Below, piece after piece: positions 48,931-63,544 of a stretch of 64,000 bases of DNA (its first letter is position 1; each line of letters begins with the position of its first letter). The notes beneath the pieces are model-generated. The model had not been told where the DNA came from. It was given only the letters and a program-made list of their open reading frames with translations, and ran no database searches. This DNA comes from Acanthaster planci (lineage: Eukaryota): NCBI RefSeq assembly GCF_001949145.1, contig NW_019091359.1, positions 765,838 to 829,837 on the forward strand. Direction: 5' to 3'. Made by a program: the position numbers and the translations under genes.

Positions 48931-51900
48931 ATATGCACAGAATGATGGTCAATCACACTAGGTCATTCAGGAAAATAAATATGCACAAATGTAACTCTGG
49001 GACAATCTTGGCTTGTTAGAACCCCAAACTTGCTGATTTTTTTGATATCAAACTAACAATGAACAATCTGGACGAATCAAGAACCAATATTTTGAGGCAA
49101 GGGGGCCTTGTTGGAGGGACCAAAAAGTTGGACAGTTTTCAGGTAACTTTTATGGCCTCTCTGAGGTGAGGATAACATTTGTGAATTGTTTTACACGTTT
49201 CTGAAAAAAAGAAATGAAACAGACCCCAAAATTTGCCTTTTTCTCATTATTAAAAAGAAAAAAAAATTGGAGTACCTTTGGGGGATGGCTCCCAACCTCC
49301 CCCTCCCATATGCCCTTGTATACTGCACACACAAGTCTAGATTTATGCAAGGGAAATTCTGAATTTAAACATGGGAGTACATGTATTGACCTTACGTGAT
49401 CTTCAAGTCATTCTTAAAGGGAAAATCCTGAAATCTAGAAAAATCCTGAGAAATCACACCCTAGTAATAGTAGTATGAAAAAAAAAAGAACTCAGAAAAC
49501 ATGATCCAGAGCAGAAACAAGGCTTCAGCATTGTTTTTGTAAGAACCAACCTGTGCACTGACTGAGTGACAAGTATGCCAAAAAGTTGTTGCACTGGTAA
49601 ACACGACATGTAAATTCATTCCGATGAAATTCTTGCAGACATTGGTGGCTACTGGTCGGAAGGCAATGCCCCTATTCTGCAGAGTTCATTATTGGGGACA
49701 TATGTGGCAAGGCCCAACAGCATGACAACCCCCATTGCTATCACAGCAGAAGCCAAATTATTTTGCCCAACTTTGCTAATTGGACAAGTTTCTCAAGGTC
49801 CAAAATGCTGGGAAAGTGGACATTACTTTTAGGTTTTCAAAACAAACATACATATACATCAAACCAAAGCAAAAAAACTCCACTTTCAAAGTTTTCAATG
49901 TCTCTGAATGTTGCAAAGATTCTGCTAAGATTGGCGTGCGATGCCCTATTTGCTTGTATAGTATCCTTTTTCGGTCATTCCAACTAGTAAACCATTTGAT
50001 GCAGCCAACTTTTGTGAGTTGACAAAAGGTATGATCCCCACCAATCCTAAGAATCCTGAATCCTTCACTAGTCCCAACAACAAGTTTCATAACAGAGTGC
50101 CTACATCATTTAAATTATTGAGTCTTCCCATGAAACGTATGTATACAGAATGCAAGCACATGTATCAGGGGTAATGCTGCAGACATGTAACTGAATTGTT
50201 CTTTGTGAATTCTCCTGATTGTTGTATGATGGTACATTCAGCTCACAAGTTTTTTGTGTGATAACTCAAAGAAAAACTGGTTGGTAACCAAACGTGGACA
50301 CCAGATTTTGATTCTGGTCACTAAGTTAAGTTTGGGAGCAATTTGTGCTTCCGAGATTTAATATTCTACTACAATCCATTTCACAAAATGCAAAATTCAG
50401 TGTAAAAGGAGTTGTAGACAGCAAAAACCAATCACTGATGCAGATGTTTCCGACATTCATAAAAAGGGAAATAATCTTTCACCATACATCTACCGTACCA
50501 CTAAAATGACAAATAGTGGTACGGTGTCCGTACCTTTTAAAGCAATATTTACTCACGTGGTTCAAAGTCAGCCCAGGATAACGGACTCCCAAATTTTCAT
50601 GAGGTTCGGTTTGGGACAAAAAAGGGGAGGGGAAAATTGGTGGGTTTGTGCAGGTGTTTTGCCTTCAGCCTGGTAGGACACCAGCAAAGCTAAAGGTCCT
50701 TTTTGATCTGATCAGCCGCCGTTAATAAAAGCCCTCAATTGAATTTTCCCGTTGTTGGCCCAGCAATTTCCATTCCTCCTCCTAAGTTTGCAATTGTTGG
50801 ATTGTCCCAAAAGCCCTGTGGGGGGATTGTTATTTAGGAGGGTTTTGTGCCACAAATTAAATTACTTTTTTTTCACTCTCTATCACACCAAATGGTGTTT
50901 TGAAATTGAAGAGCAACGACCCTGTATAGCAGGGTTGAATTTGGTGGTCGCAGCCCTCTCGGCAAGTCCATGCCAAAAATCCAAGGCTTTCAGTCTGATT
51001 TTTTTCTCAACTCCTTGAATCAAACTTGGACCCTGGTAGGAGGCTGTACAGTATAAGCCAAAAACATGTCATTTAAAACTGGTGGTGGCAGTATCAATGT
51101 GGACCACACTTCCAAGTATGTAACATTTTTTTAAAACCAGGACAGACAGGAAGAACCCAGTCAGACCCATAGTCAATTTTGAGTCAGCTTCCCTAGGGTT
51201 GAAAAAAAAAATCCTCTGAAGATTGACACTGACAAAAGGGTTCCTACAAGTGAGTGTCACACCATCCATCAAACTACAACACACTGACTAAAAATAAAGA
51301 AAGAATGACCTAAAAGGGGTCTGCTACAGCTAAACACTCGGTCAAACATTATACCTACACTTGCAATTCTTGATATCAACTGCACATTGGCTCGATACTT
51401 TTCAATTATCCCAAATAGACTTCTGTCATCTGTTAATGTCAAGCCATGAATTTGTTTGTGCAGAGTTTGTGCATTCACACCTGATACACTACTTTGGACG
51501 TGGACTCGGGCCTATGTTATGTTGGTTATCAAAACCAGACGTTACAGAAAGGAGAATCTCAATCATGATCCAAACAAAAACCCACAATGAAAACAAAAGA
51601 GTGTGAACTAAGCATCATTTTGGATACATTCTGAAGTACAGCTCCATCCATAACGAATGAAATGGTCAAAATGTCCTTACAAGATGTGTAAAAAGATCTT
51701 ATACAAGTATGATAGTGATTCCTCCAGGTAAATTCTAGAAATACTTTAATAAATATGTACACAACTGCAAACTGCAATGCCCAAGTTCCAATCCCACAAC
51801 TGTGCCTCTTATTTCATGGGACTTGGGAAACCACAGGGAAACCGAGCTGTTCTGATGTCAGCACTAAAGGTGTTGCCTAAAGTATTTGGGGGAATAATAA

Positions 51901-54900
51901 CATGAATATGAACTGCAAAACCCCATTTGGTTCGAGGAGCAGCGGGGAGCCCACTGGAGGTGGCAGACTGGAATTGACATGGACAACTGAATCCAATTGA
52001 GCATGAGGACGATGCCTGGCAGGGTGCCAGCTGAACCAAAGCAAGGACAGAGAGCTTCTCTAGCTATGTGTTGCATGGGCCAGGGCACTGATCTCGGGCA
52101 TGGCCCAGAATTCTGTGTGGGGCTGGATGTGGGCTACATGGGAAGCAAGCTGTACCCTGCAGGGATGAGAGGGATGCATTGGGGTCGTTGGCATGGCAGA
52201 GCAGACAAAAAACAGCAAAGGAAAGTATTTGGAGGCACTTTGGAAGCTTGTTGTGAAATGCACCTCATAAACTTCCCAGTGAGTCCAAAAGCTTGAAACA
52301 TGGCTAAACAAATCCTAAATGCAGACTGGACACATTCACTGTGTACAAACAAAAGTGAAGCCAACATATGTATATGCATTCAATTCTTCTTTTGGAACTT
52401 AAATGCAAAAATGAAAAGCTCCCAGTTTAGAAGGAGCAATGCTGACACAGATCTGGGTATTTTATCAGCCTACATGCATTACATGTAGGAGTTATTTTTG
52501 TTGGGGAAGAATTACACAGATTTGGTTTCGTTTAAATATTTATACATATGGCTCATATCAATTTTAAAAAAAGGATGCAAAAAAGTACTGTATACGTTTA
52601 TGTCGGGTGTAAGCCTGTAAATGTGTATTCATAGGCCCTTTCAAAATTCCCCTTACTGGAGGCAAGATGAACCCTGAAATTTGCGGAATCCCTTTCAAAG
52701 TAGCAAGAACTTAGGGTTCTGGCACTCTACAAAGGTGACATTCATCCCTGGTTGGGAAGGATGTGATTGCTGTAGAGTGCACTTGCACAACTGGTGCACA
52801 ATTCTTTCAGTAAAACACGTGGGCTGGCCAAAGAATGCTGTCGGTGTGCACAAACCACTTTTGTGTGCTCACATCTTGCTTGGGCAAAAATTAAGGCCAG
52901 ACATCCGCTCATGCTTGTACTAATGTGAACGGTAGTACTGTCTTGCTGGTCCAAGACATCCACTCACAAAGTGGACCAATGTTGCTTTCAACTTGGGTAG
53001 GCAATATCATGGTGTGAAATTGCCTTGTATAACTTGCATGCATTGTGTAAATGCATGAGAAAGGTGTCACTCTTTTCTTCCGAAGATGGAAGAAAATACG
53101 TGCAATCAAATCTTTTGAATGTTTTGAGTGAATCACTGAAGAATTCTACAAAATTCTGTCTGTGCTCTGAAACAAGTTCAACTGTTCTATTTAGGACAGC
53201 AGGATGCATAAAATTTTAATTCAAGAAAAAGGAACTTTGCCATTCGTCATGCATTCAGCGAATGCGTGTAACTTTCCATCCAAGCTGGTATATAAATTTG
53301 CATGTACAATGAAGCTATCACACATTTGGTAAATGCAAGCGCAAACACCCACTTTTCTTTCACTAACCAGCATCAATGAGGACAATCATATCTATTTATG
53401 CATAAATGTACGTGACATTCAGCACGTAAGCTTGCCAAGCAAGCTTGCACCCACACAAAATCAAATTGTATCTATTGCCAGCAGTCATTTGCAGAACAGT
53501 GCAAAAAACCCCAAGGGTGATCCAGTTAGGGCAGAGTAAAAGAAGTTGCAGTAAAGCTCACAATAGCTTTGTTAATTCCACCCAACGAGCACAGTTGCAC
53601 TCCAAACAGATCTGGAATTAAATCTTTCAGGTTGGGACGCAAAAGACTAGGTACAGCCACTGAAATTTTTATTCCAGTTTACCATCGCCTCTTGACCCGA
53701 CTTTTTTTTTTACCCAATTTCATGATACATTTTTGAGTTGCAATTTAGTGAGAGACGCAGCATGCCGACACTCAAAACTGTAGCGTACATTTTGTGCAGA
53801 AGTTAACAGTACTATGTGGCCCACTGTTTAGCAAAGGCTACAGTGCAATGTACATGAATGTGCATAATGATTGACACAAGTGCGGCAACTACTTTTCATT
53901 GAAATGTCCACAAGCATTGGCACCAGATCTTGTGTCTTGAGGCACATGTCCACATATAGGCCTAATTACATGTACGTCTTTGCTAGTTCAGTTGAGAGTA
54001 CGTGAGCACATGCAGTCAACAGACAGCAGTAGCTCTTGGAGCAGGTTTTGCATGTAACCTTAGCCTGAACTTAAAACGGCAAATGATACATGCAATACGG
54101 GCACTGCTACTACTCAGAACAGAAATTACTATTCACTAGTAATGAATATTTATTACTTTTATATGGAAGTTCAGATATTTACTTCAGAAAATATAAACAA
54201 CATCTGAACACCTTTGCTAAATTCTTGAGTTGGATAACCAATAGGCAATCTGGAAAACAATTTTTTTTCAGAAACAAGGTTCCTAAATGTAGGCCTACAT
54301 CTACTAGGCCCATGAAACAGTTTCCACCTAATTTTTTCAGCCACACTCTGTGAATTTGAACAGGGCCACTTAACTGGTGTACAGTGTTGACATGATGATT
54401 CATGTGAAGGCATTGAATTTGTGTCATTCATGGCCCAGCTCCTTTTTCCCCTGGCATTCAAGGAGAAGCAGTCTCCACAAATATAAGCGACGATCCATCA
54501 TTCAGATAAGGATTCACTAAAACTGGCGGCATTTACTTTGAGGATGGACCATCGCACCCCAGCAGAATGGTCTTGGGATGTGCTTTCCTGGGGGAATTTG
54601 AAACTAGGCACCCATTTCCCCAAAAATCAGGTACCCTCAGAAGCATAATACATGTAGCTACACATATTTACAAAACTTTAATACACCAGAAGTAAAGCTG
54701 CTTGCTACTGCACAATGCCCATGCAGTCTTCCATTATGTCTCTGTGTTAACCAATCATGTGGGTATTTTGTACATGTTATACTTTATTAATTGGGTCTTA
54801 TACCTGAGATAAAATAATACCATTTATCTAAAAAAAAATGTGAATACAAAACAAAATTTCATCTCTATGTACAAATCTTACTAAATACAAAGTGCAAAGT

Positions 54901-56261
54901 GGACTATTAATAGAACAGCTCCCAAATGTGAATGTTTCAGTATTTTCTATACAAATGTTGTAAGCCTTTGAAGCTTCTTCATTCACTACACAGCCCCTAA
55001 ACATGACTTTCAGTCTAGTTGCACTGTTGATTACAGGTATTGTGTGCTACCCCTTTTATGGGGAATATACCTTGGCAAACTTTTACAAAGAAAAGCAAAG
55101 CCATTATTAAACACAAGCTATCAGCTGCAGACATGGGGATAAAGATGATAAACTTTTCCGGTAATGGGTTGCAAACTTTTTTTTGTGAAAAGAAAGAACT
55201 GCTTGTGACAATTCAAACATATGTAGCAGTTGAGTTCAAGGTCTCCATTTAATTTGTAAGCTACTTTGCCTGCAGATACATGTAACATCCAATCAATGGT
55301 GCCTTTTCTTTGCTCTGACTGGGTGCGCTGATCAGGATTTCCAACTGATTCCACAGTCTGTTTTCTGTTTTTCTTTCAGGTTTTAATGCTTTAGTAAATC
55401 TCTGTGAGGTCCAATTCCCGGGGGCCGCACTTCAAAGAGCGACTCCAACACGTAACCAGCCAAAGTGTAATGGGACATATAATGCTTGCGACTGGTTTTC
55501 TGCAATGTGCTGCATACCCATTAAAGCTTCAAAACCTGGTAAAGCTACCAGTACAGTTTGTGGTGGGTCAAACCATGAAATTTTAGTCCAACAGTTTTCG
55601 GAACACAAAAATGATGGCCAGGGTACAGAATGAATACCAATGACTAATTACCGTCCCACTCCTGAATCCCCAGACAGGGTCAGCTGTGACCTCCCAAATA
55701 AACAACTAATTTTAGGACAAGACCTTTTTTTCTCTGTGTAGCAAATTATTTATGGATGTGCTTCTAGTCGGAAGGGAATCTTCCTCTCAAATTACCTTAC
55801 ACAACCAATTTTGATTTATTCCATCGTTGCATAACTGAATTTACACATTCACTTTGACTTGTTTGCCATTTAAGTGACCTCTATAAATTTAAACCTCCAC
55901 TGATGTTTTACTTAAATCATCCATCAAATTGTGGCATCATTATCTGGAATAAAAAAAAATGCGTAAGCTCCCGTGAGCTACGTGCCAAATTAGAACTCCA
56001 TACACATTTTTCAGGGTCACAATTGAGTCACATAGTAATAACATCCAAACAATAAATGACAAATTTGTATTTATGATACTGCAGGCATGAGGCGTATACT
56101 ACACTAGCATGGTTACGGAATCGCTTTGCCCTCATGAGATTGGTCAATGCTGTCAATCATCATGGCTCCTCAGCCTGGGATGATTAACACAATGTTCAAC
56201 AGAGGTTCTGATTATTATTTCTACTCTCCGTTTATTTGATTAAAAATTTGGTCACATTATA

Positions 56262-57044
56262 GGCCACATAAAAAAGAATAGTTGGTGATCGTCCCCGTCC
56301 CTACGAAATACACCTGCCCTTAATTTTTTTCTAATTTTTTTATTTATTAAAAACTGTACAGAAAAACAGCCTTTTGGGTGATTCCACATTCAAATTTAGC
56401 GATCTTCTGTTAGGCCCTTTAGCAATGATACTTCTGGATTGCCAATTACTCCCGAACATCTACATGTACGAGTGCAAATTCACCCAACCTCAACTCCATG
56501 GTGCAGCAAGATCGAGCTCATGGGAGCGAGGTTAAGATTCACGAAAACCGTTAGCGCGTTTGTGTAAGTCGCATCCGAATAATTGGCTGCGGTTGCGGCC
56601 ACGTGCATAAACCTATGGAAAATAGAGCAGCCAGCGAGGCGGCAACCACAATAGCTTTGTACAATGCAGTTGCAGCCTCAGCCAGTAATTCCGATGCAGC
56701 CTGAGAACTCTGCTGCACAAGCTGGGTCAATACTCAATAGCGGTGTCAATTCCCAGGTACTAATTCCACTTCATGGAGCTACACCACTGCGACCCTCTCT
56801 GAGAAAATCCTCCTATTTTTGACTGGCTGTACAACCCCTGCTCCTTTTGTGATGAATGATTTGCCTGTGTACAAAAACCCTTTCGCAAAGCAGATAAATA
56901 AAACTCATTTCATTTCAGGAAACTGCTCGTATATTTTCCAATCCAGCAAAGATGTATGTTGAACTGAACAAAAAACAAACAGACAAAAATGCCCTCCCCA
57001 CGATTAAAAAAAAAAAGGACGTTCACCAATCTTTTTATATGGCC
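56262..57044. mobile_element. Non-autonomous TIR element (GGCC termini, Zator/Harbinger-like)
   Basis: ggccacataaaaaagaatagttggtgatcgtcc / ggacgttcaccaatctttttatatggcc; flanks ATA and TTA. Confidence 0.65.
56567..56701. mobile_element. Small hairpin MITE nested in 56262-57044
   Basis: gcatccgaataattggctgcggttgc / gcagcctcagccagtaattccgatgc inverted arms. Confidence 0.7.
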
Positions 57045-58284
57045 TTACAGAGGGAACTTATCATGCGTGTGAATCACAAGTTGGCAAGTACGTGTTCACG
57101 AGCCAGCATTCACCTGGAATTTCATGTGCACGTGTTGGTCCGTGTCAAATGCACGTATGTCGTCTCAGTTGACGTGAATCCATTAGATTTCACGGTTTTA
57201 CTGACTCTGAAAAATGAAAATGCCATAAACTGTTCAGAAGTCATACTAAATGAGCAAGACGCAACATTTGAAGAGAGAACGTGCATTTTTGTGTATTTAA
57301 TATCATTAATTATTCATCAAAACTTTGGGGCAAAAGCTACTACAATCAAGAGGATTCCAAAGGATTTGCATGTAGGTTTGGTTCACATGACTGCCACACG
57401 GGGACAATTAAACAAAATGTGAGATAAGGCTGCCCCAAAGTTAGCACAACTGGGTCAGCTGATCAGAAAATAGCCATATTCCCACCAAAAGTAGGTTGTC
57501 AGAGTAGCTGCAGGATTCATTATGAAAGATCAAAGGCCTTGACACATAAACTACCGAACAAGGGGAGGGATCTCTTCCTCAAAAGGGACAACACCTGCCC
57601 CAAATAATCCTGACTGATTTTGGGAAGATGGCCTTTCAAAGCTACAATGTAACCCCACAAAAATAAAATGTCCAATTGTCGGTCCCATTTTTGCCCACCC
57701 TTTGGCAACTTTTTCCACACAAAAGTATCCAATCAGAAGGCAATGGTGCGTAGATTTCCCAACAAGAGTTCTTCTCCACCTCAGAGAGTACAGGGGTCCA
57801 CAAGGCATTGTGATTAGGAAAAGCAAATCAGGCCAAACATTGCCAAAAATATACACAAATATTGCCTATAGGATCAAGCCTATGGTTTCTGGGACCCACG
57901 TACATGTACATGTACATATCATGTTATATCCCACTCAAGGAAATAATTTATTCATGAAAAAGTCAGGTCTCTCTACACCATTTAAATGTGTACATGTACA
58001 AAATGACAATGTTGAAATGACAATGTTTCAGCAAGATCATTTAATTCTTAAGAGGGAAACTTTTCTTTCTAAAAACAGACATAATGTTGGCAAGTACTGA
58101 TACACACATGTACATGTACATGCACGGACAGTACAGTACTTATGCATGCCCTGTAGATGTACTTTGGACCTGTTGGCCTGGTCTATTCTACAGCCATGTG
58201 AATAAGACTGAAACAGCTGACAGAAATGCCGCACATCGGTACCAGTACATGTCCCACAGGTCTACATGTACATGTACTGTATAT

Positions 58285-58529
58285 GGGTAATTCCAGAAAT
58301 TAGGGGTCCATTTTTGTTCGTGTCCCTGTCCCATCTGACATGATTTTGTAAGTTAATTCAGAACACATTTTCTAATTTCCAAGAGTGACAAATTGATGCA
58401 AATTACCTGTCAAACAAATAGTGATAGTTTGACTCAATTCTGGTGATATTTCCATGTAAAGTAACAAAGGTCAGATGTAACAGGGACACCAAATGTCACA
58501 CTTTTGGACCCCTAATTTCTGGAATTACC
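58285..58529. mobile_element. MITE family B, copy 3
   Basis: gggtaattccagaaattaggggtcca / tggacccctaatttctggaattacc. Confidence 0.9.
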
Positions 58530-61005
58530 TACATGTATACGTAAGAGAGACTGACAATCACATTCATGTAGACAGCTGTTTACAGTTTACTCACCCTTCA
58601 TATTTTAAGGGTATGTTTTCTGGGGGTGTAGAAAGTGCTCAGTGCTCAAGACAACAGGGATTGCTATCATTTAATTAGAAACCAGAAATGCTTCCTCTTG
58701 AGAGATTACATGTACATATACTTATGGTTTAAATACAGGACTCTGAAAGAGGGAGGCTAGAAGTGGTCTACTGGCTAATGAGTAACCCACCCATTTTGGG
58801 CACTGTATCAGTATTGATGACTTGTTAGTCTCCCAATCCCTGGTAAATATGAATTGGGCACTGGACAGTCTTTCTCTATACCCTAGGCACAGAGTTTTAC
58901 ATGTAGTTACAGTACATTAATACATCATTGTTTAAACTGTTTTTTTTTTAAAGGATAGCTTGTTCATCTTCTTGCTTTACGTTTACAAGTTTGATTACAA
59001 TCAGTGCATGTGAAGCTCCCCTGACCTGTTCAAAGAAGTGTTCACTTGGTTAATATTGTTCCTTTTTGATATTCAATGTGTTAAAGCAAAGTTTGGATAC
59101 ACCCATAGCAGTATTGATTACTAGTTAGGCGCCCAACTCTGACGTACACGCATGCATCCTAGTAAGCATGTGACCGCTCTCATATTATTTGTGTGAAGAC
59201 ACATCAATCTGGAAATGGAGCTCCGTAGTACTCAACACAGCCTGCATGAGCCAACATTCTCCAAGCAAAATCAACACTGCTAGGAGAAATTTTGTACATC
59301 CAGTTTCCTCGATCCTGCAACATCTACCGGTACATGGACTATGTAATTTTAAAGATTGAAAAGTACCTCGGAGTGAAAATTCTGGAGAGATCTACATGTA
59401 CATGCACGTACATGTAATGTTATGCAGACTTTGCACCAAAGCAAAAGAAAGATATGGTGAAATCATATTTTTTATGAACTACTATTACCTGGTTCATGTA
59501 CATGTACCATGCGTGCATACTGCACATGTTACTGTATTGAAGCCAGCTTCATTCAGTCAGGTCTGAAGTGTGCTGATCCACAGTGTGCGCAAGGGTATAC
59601 AAAAGTGGCCTGGTAAGTACCAATGTGAATAGAATCTGCCTCAATACTGAAGGCTACCAGTGCAGCTGTGGCGAGTTTGGTCCTTTGACCCAGTAAAGGC
59701 TTCCAGATTCAGTTGTCAATTCAAAGCTTTTGCCTTCTTTACAATGGTCACTTTTGAATCCAGCCCAAGTCACTAGCAACTGGTAACTTTGTTGGTTACA
59801 CAAACCCGAACAACATGGTGACAATATGGAAAAAACAAGAAGTATTGAATCAATTTGTGAATGGAAGATTAAAATGCTCAGTTTTCTAAATTCTGAGTAC
59901 TTGTAGTGAGAAAGTGTTACTATGCACTTCGGCAAGTAAACAACTATTCCACAGATGCATGCATAAAGCAATATGGTAAAAACTGTTTGGGGATGAGCAG
60001 TACTGGCCTTCATCCCTTCATTCTGCTAATTTTTTGAAATGTTTAAAACAGTTTTCCCATACTGCTTAGACGTTTGGCCAAGACTTGAAAGAGGCTCGCC
60101 AGAGTCTACCTCTGAGTTTACATATGTATTGTACACAGTTCATTAACAATACACTTGATTGGTTCAATGTCTAAATGTACTTCAATGTGTGAAAGCATTT
60201 AAAATAAGCAATTTTTCTGGTTTAAAATTAAATTCCCCCATCCCCATAAAAGTAGATGGATGTGGACAAAAATCACTATGTGATTAGGAGGAATGCACTT
60301 ATTTGGAATATTCCAAAATGAACGGCAGATCATGTCACACAAACGTCAAACCCAGCAAAAACGGGTTCTGTTTATGTTTTGGAAATCTGTAAACATTTAC
60401 TGAACGTTAAATGTTTAAACGTGTAAATGTCACAATCTCATTCTCTAGGCAGAAATCTATCAGACACAGTGTGCTTACTGTGCTCAACTTCTGAGTCCAA
60501 TTCTTCTTTAAGAATGTTCTTTTTCACCTGAACATTTCCATACCTTCCAATTTTAACATTTTTTTCAGGCACCCGAGGGGGTGAGGGTTCAACTGTGGTA
60601 CCAATCTTAACCTGAGTGCCTTCAACCCACCCCACCCCGTACATTTCCACTGCTGCAGATTTTTCTCTGCCTGGGGCTCTGTGCCTGAACAACTGAGGGC
60701 GATTTGTTGCCTAGCAACAACATACCTTGTGACCGACAGATTGCATGCGTGCACCTGTTAGCCTGCATATGGTATGACGTAAGTGCAGGCCGGTAATTTT
60801 ATATAAAAAATGGACAGACTTGGAGGGCAACCACCAAACAACAGTAACAATTTTCATTGTTGGTGCCACCTCTGACGAGGGAATATGTAATTGCGCACAT
60901 GGTTCCCACAGTTGGACAGGTTGTTGTGTACATAAAATGTATACCATGCACCTTCATTCCCTTTGACTACAACCCCAATTGCAACCTTCTGCTCACGTAG
61001 CTCAC

Positions 61006-61639
61006 CTTTAAGAATATTCTCAGGGAAAGTAGATCTCGGAGCCTTGTTTTATTCTGAATAAACACATCGTAGGCAGCATTTACAGCTAGGACTGTCATGC
61101 CATGTTCTTTTGTCAGCATACTCATAGTTGCGAACGAGACACTAAGAGTCAAGAAGATCCATCTGTGCCATAGGACAGGCTTGTTGACTTCCCTGTCACT
61201 AGTTCGAAGTTTGGAATGATTAGTGTGTGAGTCTCTCTGCTCGCAGTAACTGACGTAGCAGAGGAAAGAGAACAGGAAAAACAGGCAGGCTCCGACGTCT
61301 GCCCGCCCGACAATGCCTGCGACGGCCTCAGTGTGGACAGGATGGACTGCGAACAGCACCCCGGCCAGGCATGCCGGCATCGTCCGCCGTAACACAACGG
61401 CTCTTGCTGTGTAGGTGAACAGCCCCGTCACCAGCACGTGAAGCAGGACATTGCCGAGGTGGTAGCCAAATGGGTCCAGCCGCCCAAGCAGATGGTTAAG
61501 GCGGTAGCTGAGGACGCAGAGCGGCCGATACGACTTGTGGCTCCCACTGTGGACCAGGGGCGTGCCCCAGAAGTCGTCATAGAAGATGTTGACAATAGGT
61601 GTCTCCTGAAGAAGATCCTGATTCTTGAGTATGGCACGC
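61006..61639 (-). CDS. TMTC2: TMTC2 exon 2 (RAILKNQDLLQETP...DFWGTPLVHSGSHKSYRP...RIFLK)
   Basis: GT-C fold lumenal loop and TM helices; ccctcag acceptor, gtgagc donor; upstream exon not found in window. Confidence 0.96.
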
Positions 61640-63373
61640 CTGAGGGAGAAAAAAGGAGACACATTAATATCTTTGATAACTACAATGTATGCTTAATCCA
61701 ACCAACAGTATCGTGGAAGTTGACAGCAAATGAATATTTGCTGTATCTTACATTTTGTCAACTTGAATGCAAAAGGCTGTGTTCCATTTTCAACACCCAA
61801 TTCATTCATAATTTAAGCCAAAAAACAAACAAACATATACACCTTTTTATTCACTTCCACACTATGTACATTGTACACACTTGTATCCCCACACAAGTCT
61901 CTATCCCTCTATCATGATTAATGTCTAGTCAACACAGTCTGTACACAACAACACCCCTGACAACAGATAAAGAACAGCACTGGGTACACACTACAGCCTA
62001 CCCATAAGAACAGGTGCACAATGTACATGTATAAATTTCCAGATCACAATTTTTGTGACCTACACTGTCTTTATGATATGCCAATGAATCACTGTATACA
62101 TGCATGTAAGACTCTTTTCACTGCTATAGATCGTATTTGATGAAACAAAATTCTTTATCAAGACTGAGTTTTTTCACTGTACATGGAATACCATTGTCAT
62201 ACTCTGATGAAGAGCCTTACAAATGATTAAAAAGCTAGAAAACTACAACTGGACAATCCATGAATGCAAATTTTGCTTGTGTTCTTTTTGAGCAGGCAAC
62301 GGTAACACAAAAGTATTGATTGTATTTGTGCCACAGTGGCCTGTTTGCAACTTCTGAAATTGAGCAATTTAGCTGCTTTAACATCATTCAGGCAATTGCG
62401 ACACCAAGGTCTATGGCCAGCATGCAGTAAACAGGAGGGCAATTTTTGACTTATTCACACCCCAGCTCAATTTGGGGGCATTTTCTTCTGGCACGACCCC
62501 CATGAACAGATTTGAAGAGAGTATCTTTTAACCAACGCCCCCATTGGGGTTCCTTTCTCACTTTCTTTTATCATCTACGATGATCATTTGTTCCACTGTG
62601 CCCAGACCTTGGAGACGTTCTCCTAAGAGTCCAGCTTTGTTTGTGCACCTCTGTTCTTTGGAGTTGTCAGTCCGAGGCCGATTTGCCCCCATGCCTCAAT
62701 AATGCTTTCATCCCCATTCAGCTGGGCCAATTTCACCCCCACCCTCCCCATTCCACAGGCTTCCTCTGGCCTGCCATCTAAAGCGGCTCTGTGGATAATC
62801 CCATTATTGTATCTCAAAAGAGGAGGGACTACACGAAATGGCGGGAGGAAACAATGCAGAAGAAGAGGGGGTAGGGGAAGACTGTGAAATCAGTGTGTTA
62901 GGTACCATACCATGGGGGATTGTTATTGCCCGGCTTGCTCAACAGATCAAGCTGAATAAGATCAATTGCTGTGAATCCATTGTTGGGCAACAGGGAAGGT
63001 ATGGATCTGTTTTGGGTGGTGGACAATGGGGACTTAACTGAGGTCCAGTTTATGGTTGGATGGCTGAGTGGATCCAGTCAGTGAAAGGGAAATCAAACTG
63101 GCCATTCACACAATGAAATGAAGTCACACCTAACTCAAACTAAAAGGTTCTGACACAAACTTGCGTTCAGGAGACTTTTATTACCTACTTGTAAGCCACC
63201 TGGAGGTTCAGGTTTTGATAAAGTATAGATACAATACAGTAAACAAGCAGCGATGCATATTGCCTCAAATACTGGTACATGTACATGTATGTCTAGGAGA
63301 AGTGTCATGCCCATAATATTATTCAAATTTATTACAATGTAAATGTATATGCAACAAGTACCATGTCAAACTA

Positions 63374-63544
63374 CAGTCAAACCTCATTAATAAGAGCACC
63401 CTTAAAACAGGAGTCTGCTTATAACAAGGATAACCATAGGTCCCAATCCTTTGTTTATCACTGTTTTTGTTCCTGATAATACAAAGGTTCCTGTTGAGGT
63501 ATTTTGCCAAGTCCAAAGGGCCTCTTATTATCGAGGTTCAACTG
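63374..63544. mobile_element. Tc1/mariner (pogo/Tigger-like) MITE
   Basis: TA flanks; cagtcaaacctcattaataagag / ctcttattatcgaggttcaactg. Confidence 0.8.

Larger units (their letters stand above)
38007..61639 (-). other. TMTC2: Gene model: protein O-mannosyltransferase TMTC2, 5-prime partial, 10 coding exons in window
   Basis: complement(join(38007-38207,38334-38512,38645-38726,38927-39048,39461-39539,40209-40393,41153-41238,41741-41855,47485-48481,61006-61639)) = 2680 nt, all GT-AG, frame continuous; DFWG..L.HSGSHKSYRP, DUF1736, TPR array with LKDP insert typical of TMTC2. Confidence 0.93.

Noticed and set aside
52968..52991. 24-nt phase-0 micro-exon (LKATLVHF) in TMTC2 intron 2
   Set aside because: Donor gtgagt is good but the acceptor is weak, and no homology requires it
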